Counted from the stretch's first letter, positions 30,852-40,143 are shown. The stretch is DNA of 64,000 nucleotides from an uncultured Pseudomonadales bacterium (GCA_964460975.1 CAYWTN010000001.1:61202-125201), one strand, 5' to 3'. Made by a program: numbers and translations. Notes: generated by a model not told the origin, from the letters alone.

Positions 30852-31727
30852 CTATTTTCTTCTCAAGACAATGTGGGCAATATGATCACGAAAAGCACCC
30901 ATAAAACCACATTTTGCCACGAGCTCTTCCCCTTCTGCATCAAGAACATACTGACGCAAAGAAAGGTTGAGCGCTGCCACTTTGTCTTCGGCATGTAAGA
31001 GTGCAGTCAAGAGATGTGCGTAATTGAGAGAATTCACTGGAGAGGTTTGTATGAGAGCATTCCGCGCATCGTTACTGGGTGGGCGATGTTCCATTCTTGT
31101 ACCAATAAATGCTTCAAAATCGGGAACGGGCGTGTTCTGCTCCTGCGCCAGCTCGATAACATATTGGTAAGCTGCCAGCGTAAGCATGGCAACGTACTCA
31201 AAGAAATTCTCGGCAAGCTTATCCTTCCCCTGAACCTTCTGCAACGCCTCCACATAAAAATGTTTAGGAAGCTCCACTCGCGAGCCAGATTGGGCTAACT
31301 CTTTTCGGCGCTTCTCATGCAGAGAAAGTGATTCTATACGAAGATGAGATGTATCCTTTTCGTCATAGTATTGAACTATATATCCGAGACTTCTAAGAAT
31401 CTTTTCTTTGGCAACTTCTCTTACTCGCTGCACACGATCGTCAAACTGAAACTCCAAAACATAAATGGAAGGAAAAAGTTCTTGGAACGCACTCTGCGCA
31501 TAACGGTTAAAAGCATTATAGGCCTCCGCCTGGAAAGGAAAATCATTTTGCGCGCTTGTACCCAAGTTTGCTGGGTAGGAAGGCGTGAGGAGAAGATGAT
31601 AATGCACTCTATGATTTTGGATAAGATCTGCCAGAGCTTCCTCGTAAATACGTTGATACTCCCTTGCCTGTTCTTGGCTAAAACCGGTATAACCCGGGCT
31701 CGATGGCCGTTCATGATATCTGCTCAC
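30852..31727 (-). CDS. Hypothetical protein (291 aa)
   Basis: Long ORF. No motif recognised. Confidence 0.5.
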   Translation of the reverse strand: MSRYHERPSSPGYTGFSQEQAREYQRIYEEALADLIQNHRVHYHLLLTPSYPANLGTSAQNDFPFQAEAYNAFNRYAQSAFQELFPSIYVLEFQFDDRVQRVREVAKEKILRSLGYIVQYYDEKDTSHLRIESLSLHEKRRKELAQSGSRVELPKHFYVEALQKVQGKDKLAENFFEYVAMLTLAAYQYVIELAQEQNTPVPDFEAFIGTRMEHRPPSNDARNALIQTSPVNSLNYAHLLTALLHAEDKVAALNLSLRQYVLDAEGEELVAKCGFMGAFRDHIAHIVLRRK

Positions 31728-31756
31728 ATCCTATAATTATACAACAAAAACATATT

Positions 31757-32581
31757 TTAGTCATCTTTTGCAGAAGTTTCTTCCTGGTAGGCCCATTGTT
31801 TCTCGGTAATAGAATGCCCCAGATTCTGCGCTTTGGAGCGCAAGTCGCTCGCAATAATCTCGTTATCTGGTGCTATGTGAATCTCCACGGGTTCCACAGG
31901 AATACCAGCTTGGGTGAGCCCGGCAATTTTCTGAGGATTATTGGTGAGCAAACGCACGGACTTGACGCCAACTTTCTTGAGAAGCTCGGCGGCAATGGAA
32001 AAATCTCGGCACTCGGAGGGATAGCCAGCGGATTTGTAGGCACGATCAGTATCGATTCGCTCTCCCGTATCCTGATCGCGCCGCTGCACAATCTTTCCGT
32101 TTTCCCAGGTAAACATCCAATCGAGCTGTGACATTTTCCCCGCAATACCGGTTCCACGACCCTCTTGTTCGAGGTAAACAATAATGCCTCGCCCCTCGCG
32201 CTGGATCATCTGCATAGCCTCCTGAAGTTCCTTGCGGCACTCACAGTTCACGGCATGATAGACCTCGTTGGTTCGGCACGCGGAGTGCAGCCGCACGAGT
32301 ACTTTCTCGCCGTTTCCTAGGCTATGTTCACGAATATTTCCGTACACCAAAAGTTCGTGGTGTAAGCCGCTGGACCAATCGCCATACGTGGCGTAGGTCC
32401 AGTCCCCAAACTCGGTGGGCAAAGGCGCCAAACCGAGCTCCTGAAGCATGGGCTTGCCTTCTTGCTCCCGCGCCAATTTCATGAGAGAAACGGCTAGCCA
32501 TGGCTCAAACCAGGCTTGTAAAAGACGCTCTTCCACTACCTTCAAATGGTTGAGATACTCAGGTTGGTGATTATTGAGCAC
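31757..32581 (-). CDS. ribA: GTP cyclohydrolase II family protein
   Basis: VLVRLHSACRTNEVYHAVNCECRKEL, YLEQEGRGTGI and VRLLTNNPQK match RibA motifs. Confidence 0.75.
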   Translation of the reverse strand: MLNNHQPEYLNHLKVVEERLLQAWFEPWLAVSLMKLAREQEGKPMLQELGLAPLPTEFGDWTYATYGDWSSGLHHELLVYGNIREHSLGNGEKVLVRLHSACRTNEVYHAVNCECRKELQEAMQMIQREGRGIIVYLEQEGRGTGIAGKMSQLDWMFTWENGKIVQRRDQDTGERIDTDRAYKSAGYPSECRDFSIAAELLKKVGVKSVRLLTNNPQKIAGLTQAGIPVEPVEIHIAPDNEIIASDLRSKAQNLGHSITEKQWAYQEETSAKDD

Positions 32582-32679
32582 AGTGCCTCCTCTGCAATTT
32601 GGAGATTTTTATCATGAATACAAATTCTTGTCAAGAAAGATTTTGTCTTGTAATATAAGTAAGCAGTAGAAGGGAAAAG

Positions 32680-33042
32680 ATGCCAAACCTCACATTTACC
32701 AAGGACTCCTACCAGGAAACTCGAGGGGCTTGGAGCCGATGGAAAGAACTTTCTTGCCGAAAATGCCAAGCCATTGTGGGTATTTACCAAAAAGACGGTC
32801 CTGGCCTTCTGTATCGCTCCTATGTAGATCGTTTTGCTTGGTCAGCCTTTCCTTTTGAAAAACTCTCTCATACCCAAAAGCCGATACTGTCCTGCCCTGG
32901 CTGCCAAAGAGAGCTTGGTATCCTGAGCAAATATCGAGATGAAGACCGTCCTGCCCTCCTCTGGCTGGCTGGTGCTGTGGTGATGAAGACGCTTTCTATA
33001 AAAATTGCCACCCACCAAGTAAAGGCTCTTTCTCAGCATTAG
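32680..33042 (+). CDS. Hypothetical zinc-ribbon protein (CxxC...CxxC)
   Basis: CRKC and CPGC pairs. 120 aa. Confidence 0.4.
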   Translation: MPNLTFTKDSYQETRGAWSRWKELSCRKCQAIVGIYQKDGPGLLYRSYVDRFAWSAFPFEKLSHTQKPILSCPGCQRELGILSKYRDEDRPALLWLAGAVVMKTLSIKIATHQVKALSQH

Positions 33043-33169
33043 TCTCTTTTTGTGAGATAAATTCTTTTCATTGTTGACACACTTTCCGGCAGATGATATA
33101 AACCACTCATCTTGTTTTAAAAGACATTGACTTTCCTTGCAAGATTTTTAGAGAGTCAGAGAGGTAGCC

Positions 33170-34894
33170 GTGGGAAAAATGCCACACTATAAACCTTCTC
33201 AAAGAGCGATTTCTGTAATGCGCTCGGGAAAGATTTTGTCTCCCAACGAAACTCCTCAAGAACTCTTTGATCGCGTTATTGCTACCATTGCAAGCATCGA
33301 ACAAACCTGGAATACCCCTCATAACCAAACAGCTCTCTTTGCCAACACTTTTGCGGACTTATGGAATAGGCGTGTTTTTACGCTTGGAACGCCAACCTTA
33401 ACAAACGCTGGAAGAGCTGATCATAAACAATCGGCGCTTTCATCTTGTGTTGTTATTCCCGTTGATCTGGCTAACAAAACTAAGGCCAAAGAGAAAATTC
33501 TGTCGTACTACAAGCAAAATATGGGCTCAGGCTTTGATTTCACACCATACCAAAACCCTGTAGAACTCCTTATTTGGCTCAACGACCTCGCGGCGACCGA
33601 GACAGCTACCGGAAAATATGACCGCTACATTGGCAATATGGGCAACCTCCACGTTACACACCCCAAGGTACGCGAGTTTATCCAAGCCAAAAAAGATCGA
33701 AAACTGCCTCACTTTAATATTTCTATCGATGTAACCGATACGTTCATGCAAGCAGCGTTCACTGGCCAATCATTTGCGCTCTCTGATGGGACGATGATCG
33801 ATGCCAATGAACTCCTCAGGTTTATGGCTGAGTGTTCCTGGGTAAATGGCGATCCAGGCATTATCTCTTTGGAGAGAATGAATCATGATAATCCTGTAAG
33901 TGATATCTCGGCCTATACTTCCACCCCACCTTGCTCTGAGATGGGCTTGGCACCAGGAGAAACCTGTCAGTTTGGTTACATTAATGTGGCGAGTGTTATT
34001 CGGGAAGATAAAAGCATCGACTGGCCGCTCCTCGAGCAAGCAACAAAAATCCTCACCCGAGCGCTCGATAACGCTATCGAGGTGAGTTTAGCAGGCTTCC
34101 CCGACAAAGAATCCGCACGCCTCGCCAAACTCAAGCGGAAAATTGGGATCGGCATTTGTGGTGTAGCCGATGCTCTCATTCAGGCAGAGCTTCCCTACAA
34201 TACACAGCAAGCAAGAACAGTGATCCGAGATATCCTTTCATATATCAACTTTACCTCCAAGCAGGCATCCATAGAACTCGCTCGGGAAAGAGGAAGCTGT
34301 GAAGCGATGAATAACTCCGAAGGGAACAAATACTACGATCATTTTCTCCAAAATCGCTACCAACACGGGTGCAATGCTGTTAGTACTCAGGATTGGAAAA
34401 ATTTGGATGCAGAGATTGCCCAAAATAAACTCCTGCGTAATATTCTTACAACAGCGTTGCCGCCAACGGGGCGCGCTTCTATTTTGCTCGAAGTAACATC
34501 AAGTATTGAACCTCTTTTTTCTGCATCTGGATGGAATGATGATACCGAACGAACTATTCGCCAGTTCCTCATAAAACATGCTGGAGAGGAGCACGTTGAA
34601 CATATTCTCCAAAAAGCCCATGAGCAACAGAGTTTTCTGGGTCTTGGTATTGCTCAGGAGGATGTTCTCAAAACGGCAAAGGAGATTCTCCCAGCAGACC
34701 ATATCGCCATGATGGCTGCCTTGGCTGGCAAGCATGGTGTCTGCGACGAAACGATCTCCAAAACCGTCAATCTTCCTCATCAAGCGTCGGTTGAAGATGT
34801 CTATGAGATTTTTGTCACATCCTACCAAGCTGGACTCAAAAATATCTCTGTTTATCGAGACGGGACGCACGAGAATCAACCGCAAAAACTCTAG
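33170..34894 (+). CDS. Ribonucleotide reductase, class II (adenosylcobalamin-dependent, NrdJ-like)
   Basis: SSCVV (first Cys), TPPCSEMG (NPCGE-like active site) and C-terminal KTVNLP...YRDGT motif. 574 aa. Confidence 0.65.
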   Translation: MGKMPHYKPSQRAISVMRSGKILSPNETPQELFDRVIATIASIEQTWNTPHNQTALFANTFADLWNRRVFTLGTPTLTNAGRADHKQSALSSCVVIPVDLANKTKAKEKILSYYKQNMGSGFDFTPYQNPVELLIWLNDLAATETATGKYDRYIGNMGNLHVTHPKVREFIQAKKDRKLPHFNISIDVTDTFMQAAFTGQSFALSDGTMIDANELLRFMAECSWVNGDPGIISLERMNHDNPVSDISAYTSTPPCSEMGLAPGETCQFGYINVASVIREDKSIDWPLLEQATKILTRALDNAIEVSLAGFPDKESARLAKLKRKIGIGICGVADALIQAELPYNTQQARTVIRDILSYINFTSKQASIELARERGSCEAMNNSEGNKYYDHFLQNRYQHGCNAVSTQDWKNLDAEIAQNKLLRNILTTALPPTGRASILLEVTSSIEPLFSASGWNDDTERTIRQFLIKHAGEEHVEHILQKAHEQQSFLGLGIAQEDVLKTAKEILPADHIAMMAALAGKHGVCDETISKTVNLPHQASVEDVYEIFVTSYQAGLKNISVYRDGTHENQPQKL

Positions 34895-34901
34895 GAGAAA
34901 T

Positions 34902-35717
34902 ATGTCACAGAAACACCACGAAATTCCTCTTGCTCTGATTGGCGATATTGCCTTTAACGAAGACCGCACTCCGCATGGCAACAAAGTTTCTGTTGGCGGC
35001 GCTGCCTACTACGCGCTCATTGGCGCTTCCCTTTTTTGCGAAAATGTTGGTTTGGTAGCAAAAGTTGGCACAGATTTTGACCTTCATCACCTCGATCCAA
35101 CACATGCCAATACCCGTGGGATCCAAGTCGAAGACGGGGAAACCTGTCGCTTTGTGCTCACCCAGCACGCCAACAATACCCGAGACTTTACGGCAGAAAG
35201 AGGCGTGGCCGCTACCGTAGATACCGCACACTTTCCTCCTGAGTACAAGACGGCACGCTTTCTACACTTGGCTACTCAGCTCCCACAGCACGCACTGGAA
35301 TGGCTCAAATACCTTTCTGGCCACGGTAGTGTTTCAGTTGATGCTTTTGAGAGTTTCGTTTTGCAGCATCCTGAGGAGACAAAACTCATGCTCAACCAAG
35401 CCGACATAATTTTCCTCAATGAGGCAGAATATGAACAGCTTGGTGCTACCTATGTTCGGACACTCAATAAACCAATCGTCCTCAAACGCGGCGATCAGGG
35501 AGCAACAATGAGATTGCATGGTGAAAACATTTCCGTCAATGCCCCGCAAGTTCTCGCTGTAGAAACCACGGGCGCCGGCGATGTTCTCGCCGGCGCCCTC
35601 CTCGCCCAACTGGCACTGGGAGTCTCTCCCGGGCAAGCACTCCATGAGGCTGTACAGATTGCCTCAAAATCTGTCACCGATTTTGGCGTCGAGCACATAA
35701 GAAAGGAAAGAGCATGA
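34902..35717 (+). CDS. PfkB family carbohydrate/nucleoside kinase
   Basis: VETTGAGDVLAGALLAQLALG (PfkB motif 2). The start is placed at MSQKHHE after the RNR stop. Confidence 0.75.
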   Translation: MSQKHHEIPLALIGDIAFNEDRTPHGNKVSVGGAAYYALIGASLFCENVGLVAKVGTDFDLHHLDPTHANTRGIQVEDGETCRFVLTQHANNTRDFTAERGVAATVDTAHFPPEYKTARFLHLATQLPQHALEWLKYLSGHGSVSVDAFESFVLQHPEETKLMLNQADIIFLNEAEYEQLGATYVRTLNKPIVLKRGDQGATMRLHGENISVNAPQVLAVETTGAGDVLAGALLAQLALGVSPGQALHEAVQIASKSVTDFGVEHIRKERA

Positions 35718-36169
35718 GCCACGAACATACACCCATCCTGGTCTCTGCGGCTGTGGTGGTAAATCCTCAGGGTGAAGTCTTCCTTGGACGCGCGCCTAAG
35801 TTCCAGTCGGCTTGGATTGCCCCAGGTGGCCACATTGATCCTGGCGAAACACCAGAACAGGCTATTGTTCGCGAACTCTCAGAGGAGCTTGGAGTCGTCG
35901 TCAAGAAACTCATTTATTTGCAATTTCATAAATGGTTTGCACCAGATTATCATGACACAGGTGCGCTTTTTCACTGCTACAACTACCTAGCTTTCATTGG
36001 AGCAGAAGAAATTACGCTCAATGATGAATATGATAAACATGGTTTCTTTTCGCTCGATGAAGCATTTGCACAGGAGAAGCTCCATCCCTCCGCACAGAAA
36101 ATTTTGGAATACTACCAAGACTATCTCAAACAAGAAGCTACAAAAAACACAACGGGAACACCCCGGTAA
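35714..36169 (+). CDS. NUDIX hydrolase
   Basis: Nudix box GGHIDPGETPEQAIVRELSEELGV. ATGA overlap with the upstream gene. Confidence 0.75.
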   Translation: MSHEHTPILVSAAVVVNPQGEVFLGRAPKFQSAWIAPGGHIDPGETPEQAIVRELSEELGVVVKKLIYLQFHKWFAPDYHDTGALFHCYNYLAFIGAEEITLNDEYDKHGFFSLDEAFAQEKLHPSAQKILEYYQDYLKQEATKNTTGTPR

Positions 36170-36178
36170 AGGACAGAT

Positions 36179-36904
36179 ATGACAGAAAAATACCGACGAG
36201 TACTCCTCAAACTTTCTGGTGAAGCCATGAAGGGCAACAGCGATTCAATCCTCGATCCTGCCTTCTTGCGATATCTCGCTCTTGAGATCAAACAGGCGGT
36301 AGATGACGGCGTGCAAGTGGCGATTGTCCCTGGCGGAGGCAATATCCTACGCGGAGCAACTGCCAGCCGAGAAAGTGGACTCGAGCGAGCCAATGCGGAC
36401 TACATGGGTATGCTGGCCACGGCGATCAACGCGTTAGCACTACAAGGGGCACTAGAAAAAGAAGCGCTGCAAACTCGAGTGATGTCGGCAATCCCTATGG
36501 ATCAGGTGGCAGAACCGTTTATCCGCCGTCGAGCAATCCGCCACTTAGAAAAAGGCCGCGTGGTTATTTTGGCAGCAGGCACCGGACTTCCATTCGTGAC
36601 GACCGATTCAGGCGCCGCCTTGCGTGGCCTTGAGCTCAACTGTGATGCTATCCTCAAGGCAACCCAAGTTGATGGCGTCTACACCGATGATCCCAAAAAA
36701 AACAAGGCCGCCACAAAAATCGATGTGGTTGATTTCCAAGAAGCTCTCACCAATCCCAAGATTCGCGTCATGGACTCGGCGGCGCTGGCTCTGTGCCAAG
36801 AAAATGGCATCGATATCGTAGTCTTTGATCTCCACCAAAAAGGTAACCTTCAAAGAGTGCTCTCTGGTGAAAAGATTGGTACAACGGTGACGAATATCAG
36901 CTAG
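36179..36904 (+). CDS. pyrH: UMP kinase
   Basis: RVLLKLSGEAM and typical amino-acid-kinase fold motifs. Confidence 0.9.
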   Translation: MTEKYRRVLLKLSGEAMKGNSDSILDPAFLRYLALEIKQAVDDGVQVAIVPGGGNILRGATASRESGLERANADYMGMLATAINALALQGALEKEALQTRVMSAIPMDQVAEPFIRRRAIRHLEKGRVVILAAGTGLPFVTTDSGAALRGLELNCDAILKATQVDGVYTDDPKKNKAATKIDVVDFQEALTNPKIRVMDSAALALCQENGIDIVVFDLHQKGNLQRVLSGEKIGTTVTNIS

Positions 36905-36907
36905 CCA

Positions 36908-37903
36908 TTACTGCTGGTACTCCTTGAGAGCACGCTCGTACATTATTACCGCAGCCTCTAGGTCAGCCTTCTTTACTCGCTCCCCAGAGGTGTGAGCATC
37001 GGCAATAGCACCTGGTCCATACACAAAACCCTTCTTGAGAAAGGTGAGTTCTGTGCAGTACTTTACTTGTTCGCCTTTGCCAAAGAAGGCAAGAGACTTG
37101 GGAACAACGGATGCCACGGGGGGCAGACTCTGCGTTGCTTCAACAACTCCCTGACTTCCTACCAGCGACTGCATTTGCTCGGCATAGTTATTGTTATCAC
37201 CAGGAGCAATACGGAAACTCAAAAGCGCCTCCGCGCGATCTGGAATGATGTTGTCGGCTCTACCGCCAGACAAAGACACGATACTCATAAGAGTTCCTGG
37301 GTGAAGTTTGAGTTTCTTTACCGAATCAGAAAGGAGCAGTACCAGTTTGTCGATCGCGTTTTCACCACGATCTGGCTCACTGCTATGCGCTGCCTTCCCG
37401 GTACATACCAGAGAAAAAACCAAGATACCAAAGTGGGCCACAACTGGCTTGAGCTCTGTTGGTTCACCCACAATAAGGAATGCATCCAGATCTTCCATGA
37501 AGGATTGTGCCTGCTTCGCCCCTGAAAAATCCACTTCCTCCCCCACGGTAAACAGCAAACCGAAATCGCTCACTCCCTGAGACAACGCATTCTGTGCCGC
37601 TACCATCATGCTGGCGATGGAGCCTTTGGTATCACATGACCCTCGACCGTAAATGAACGCCTCATCCTCACGCGCTTCCAAATGTGGCGGAACCACATCC
37701 ATATGCGCCTGCAGAATAATTTTAGGCTGACCAACTTTGGCAAAAACGTTGATCCGTTCTCCAGCCACTGGCATCCGCATCACCTCAAAGCCAGCCTTTT
37801 CTAAATACTGTGCCAAAAAATTACCCACAGCCGCCTCATCCCCTGTGATAGAGGGAATATCGATGAGCTTCTTAAGCAGAGCGCTCACTTTCGTTTTTTC
37901 CAT
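36908..37903 (-). CDS. M20 family peptidase (ArgE/DapE-like deacylase)
   Basis: LQAHMDVVP, GRGSCDTKGS and GEEVDFSGA motifs. Confidence 0.8.
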   Translation of the reverse strand: MEKTKVSALLKKLIDIPSITGDEAAVGNFLAQYLEKAGFEVMRMPVAGERINVFAKVGQPKIILQAHMDVVPPHLEAREDEAFIYGRGSCDTKGSIASMMVAAQNALSQGVSDFGLLFTVGEEVDFSGAKQAQSFMEDLDAFLIVGEPTELKPVVAHFGILVFSLVCTGKAAHSSEPDRGENAIDKLVLLLSDSVKKLKLHPGTLMSIVSLSGGRADNIIPDRAEALLSFRIAPGDNNNYAEQMQSLVGSQGVVEATQSLPPVASVVPKSLAFFGKGEQVKYCTELTFLKKGFVYGPGAIADAHTSGERVKKADLEAAVIMYERALKEYQQ

Positions 37904-37944
37904 ATTTCCTTTCTTTTTAAAACACTCAGTTTACGCATAAAAAA

Positions 37945-37960
37945 ACCCCTGACCCGGGGT
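37945..37960 (-). terminator. Short hairpin preceded by A7 on the plus strand (T7 after it on the minus strand), inside a larger 8-bp inverted repeat
   Basis: ACCCC-TGACCC-GGGGT with AAAAAAA upstream. The outer arms are AACACTCA and TGAGTGTT. Confidence 0.3.
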
Positions 37961-38139
37961 TGAAGTGAGTGTTCTGTTCTGCTTTTTCTACAACATCTCT
38001 CCAACCCCGACTGTATGTGAGGTATGACGGACATGCCAGTATGCACGACTGCAAAACATTGCAGTGATTGTAACACATTGACAAAAAGATGGGATCGCCA
38101 TAGAATTCCTTCCAATCCGTTATGAGTAGGAGTCGCGTC

Positions 38140-38340
38140 CTGCCATCTTGATTGCTCAAGAACGGTATCTCGCAAAATCGAGATCGGCTAGAAACCGTTA
38201 TCTTTCTCAACCTGTGTCACTCGCCAGAGAAACGGAGCAGGTTACCAAGCATGTGCTGGGAACAGCAGATGGAAAAAGGGTGGTACCGCGTCTTTCAAGC
38301 GCCCCTTTATCTACAAAAACGTAGATAAAGGGGCGCTTTT
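38140..38340 (+). promoter_or_regulatory. T-box riboswitch leader (Stem I-like helices, GNRA-capped stem III, antiterminator with UGGUACC bulge, terminator)
   Basis: T-box sequence AGGGTGGTACCGCG at 38277-38290. Antiterminator: A1 is AGGG/CCCT, the 7-nt bulge is TGGTACC, and A2 is GCG/CGC. The A1 3' strand overlaps the 5' strand of the terminator, so the two folds are mutually exclusive. CCGTTA (F-box-like) occurs at 38195-38200. Confidence 0.6.
38299..38340 (+). terminator. Rho-independent terminator (16-bp stem + T-tract), the terminator arm of the T-box
   Basis: GCGCCCCTTTATCTAC-AAAAAC-GTAGATAAAGGGGCGC-TTTT. Confidence 0.7.
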
Positions 38341-38367
38341 CTGTTCCTTTTCTACCAGAAAGGAAAC

Positions 38368-38883
38368 ATGATGAGCGAATCATCATACGAAATCATCTTT
38401 GCAAAGGAGGACGATACTGCCTTGCTCCTCATGGCACAAGCTCTCATTGGCCGCTACGCCGAACAAGGCCTTATGCTCGCTGTTACGCTCAAGCAACTCG
38501 AGTCTATTGCCGCACAAGGCCTACTCGCTTTGGCGCTTAGCCATGATCGAAACACGATTGGTGTGGCGGGCATTACTTTTGAACATCCGGATGGGAAGAA
38601 AGAATTTGGTGGCTGGGCAGTAGATCCAGCCTGGAAGCATTCTGGCGTTGGTAAACAACTCCTCCAAGCCGTTATTGGTAGCACCAGTGGCACGGTTATT
38701 GCCTTTGGCAACCACAATTCTGGCCCAATTTTTACCAAACTGGGAGCAACCATTTTGGATCAAAAATCGATGCACCCCAGTGCCTTCGACCCGTGTCGAA
38801 ACTGCAAATGCCAAGGAAAAGAAAAACTCCCCGAGGGCACTTTGTGTGTGGACAGTATTTATGATCTTACCAATCTCAAATGA
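38368..38883 (+). CDS. GNAT family N-acetyltransferase (size and fold compatible with a short ArgA-like amino-acid acetyltransferase)
   Basis: GGWAVDPAWKHSGVGKQLLQAVI is a GNAT motif A. 171 aa. Good SD sequence AAAGGAAA. Confidence 0.5.
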   Translation: MMSESSYEIIFAKEDDTALLLMAQALIGRYAEQGLMLAVTLKQLESIAAQGLLALALSHDRNTIGVAGITFEHPDGKKEFGGWAVDPAWKHSGVGKQLLQAVIGSTSGTVIAFGNHNSGPIFTKLGATILDQKSMHPSAFDPCRNCKCQGKEKLPEGTLCVDSIYDLTNLK

Positions 38884-38912
38884 AAGTCTAGGCTGGAAAT
38901 ACGCTATGAATC

Positions 38913-40010
38913 CTAGGTTACAGACATTGTATCTTTTTGAGATCGCACCACAAGCTCTTCAACGATATTGCGAATGAGTTGCTTTGACATATCTCGATTA
39001 ACTTTTTTGTTATCGTTCCAGTCTATTCCTGGACCAATGTTTCCTTCAAGAAAATAGATATTGCCGGCATTACTCACAACAAAGTCTAAAGCAAAAAGCA
39101 TGTTTTTCTTATCAATTTTGGCGACAATCTTTTTGGCAATCGAGAGAACTTGTGAAGGAATATCTTCTGAAGTGACATAGCACAACTCTCCTCCTTGATG
39201 TTCGTTGCAGCGGAAATCGCCACTTTTTGCCATACGAAAGTAACATTGCAACAAGGCATCATGCTGAAAGATGAGGCGAATATCGGTTGCCGTTTGCCTA
39301 CCTTGATAGGAAAAACCAGAATCGAAAGTGAGGAAAGGCTGAAAGACAAAAGCTATCTCGGGGAACTGCCGAAGAGTATTTTGCACTTCCTCTACCAGAG
39401 TGGCGCGCTGAATCTTGTAAACAAAATTCCCACCAGCGCCAAATCGATCTTTCATAATAATATCTTGTGAAAAATCCGAGCGATACTTGTGCTGAGAAAG
39501 CAGTTGATCGAGCTCTCGCAGAGCCAAAAGAATGTCCGCTTTTTTGTCTGAAGGCACGCTCACCGTTGGGACGGCATACTCTGGCAACTTTGTGAAGGTT
39601 TGGAGCTTATCAAAAAAAGTGAAAAAAAGTTCTGGGTCGTTGAAAGGAACAACTTTTTTATCGGAAAAAAGGAGCTCTCTTTCTAATGATCTTCTTTCTG
39701 ATGTTGGCGAGATTTTATCAAAAACCTGATGCGCTACTGCGGGCTGCAATTCTTTATTCCAACGCCCATCGGAGTGTGTCCAGTAGCTTTGGCAAAGACC
39801 TGGGCCAATAATGTCTGATGATGTCGTAAATCCAGCTTTGAGATTTCTTTTTTGGCAAGTTTCCAAAAAATAAGCATACGAACGGTTATACACACCTTGA
39901 GGAGAAGTGAGGAGAAAAGGAAACTGAGAAACGGAGTCGGAAGCAGAGGAACTGATGGCCAAGCTGGCAGAATATACTACCAGTACATCGAGATTCACTA
40001 CTTTTTTCAT
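38913..40010 (-). CDS. ATP-grasp fold-like protein of unknown specificity
   Basis: IIMKDRFGAGGNFVYKI and LFALDFVVSNAGNIYFLEGNIGPG resemble ATP-grasp B/C-domain motifs. Confidence 0.45.
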   Translation of the reverse strand: MKKVVNLDVLVVYSASLAISSSASDSVSQFPFLLTSPQGVYNRSYAYFLETCQKRNLKAGFTTSSDIIGPGLCQSYWTHSDGRWNKELQPAVAHQVFDKISPTSERRSLERELLFSDKKVVPFNDPELFFTFFDKLQTFTKLPEYAVPTVSVPSDKKADILLALRELDQLLSQHKYRSDFSQDIIMKDRFGAGGNFVYKIQRATLVEEVQNTLRQFPEIAFVFQPFLTFDSGFSYQGRQTATDIRLIFQHDALLQCYFRMAKSGDFRCNEHQGGELCYVTSEDIPSQVLSIAKKIVAKIDKKNMLFALDFVVSNAGNIYFLEGNIGPGIDWNDNKKVNRDMSKQLIRNIVEELVVRSQKDTMSVT

Positions 40011-40143
40011 AAAATTTATTTATAAATCAATATTTAATTATACACGAAGAAAGAGCAAAAGGCTATGATCTTCCCTGGTAACAAAAACGGGCAAGAAACC
40101 TTTGTGCCTTACACGCTAAAATTGAAGTCTAGGCTGGAAATAT

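Noticed and set aside
36992-37525. 177-aa plus-strand ORF inside the M20 peptidase gene
   Set aside because: Antisense shadow ORF.
37926-38210. 94-aa and 96-aa minus-strand ORFs in the T-box leader region
   Set aside because: They read through hairpins and the A/T tract. The region is better explained as a structured RNA leader.
37970-38340. tmRNA, RNase P RNA, SRP RNA or cobalamin/FMN/TPP riboswitch in the 37.9-38.4 kb gap
   Set aside because: None of the hallmark sequences were present: GGAAAGUCCGGGC for RNase P, a tRNA-like GGUUCGA...CCACCA end for tmRNA, AGGUCAGGUCCGGAAGGAAGCAGC for SRP. The T-box signature explains the region instead.
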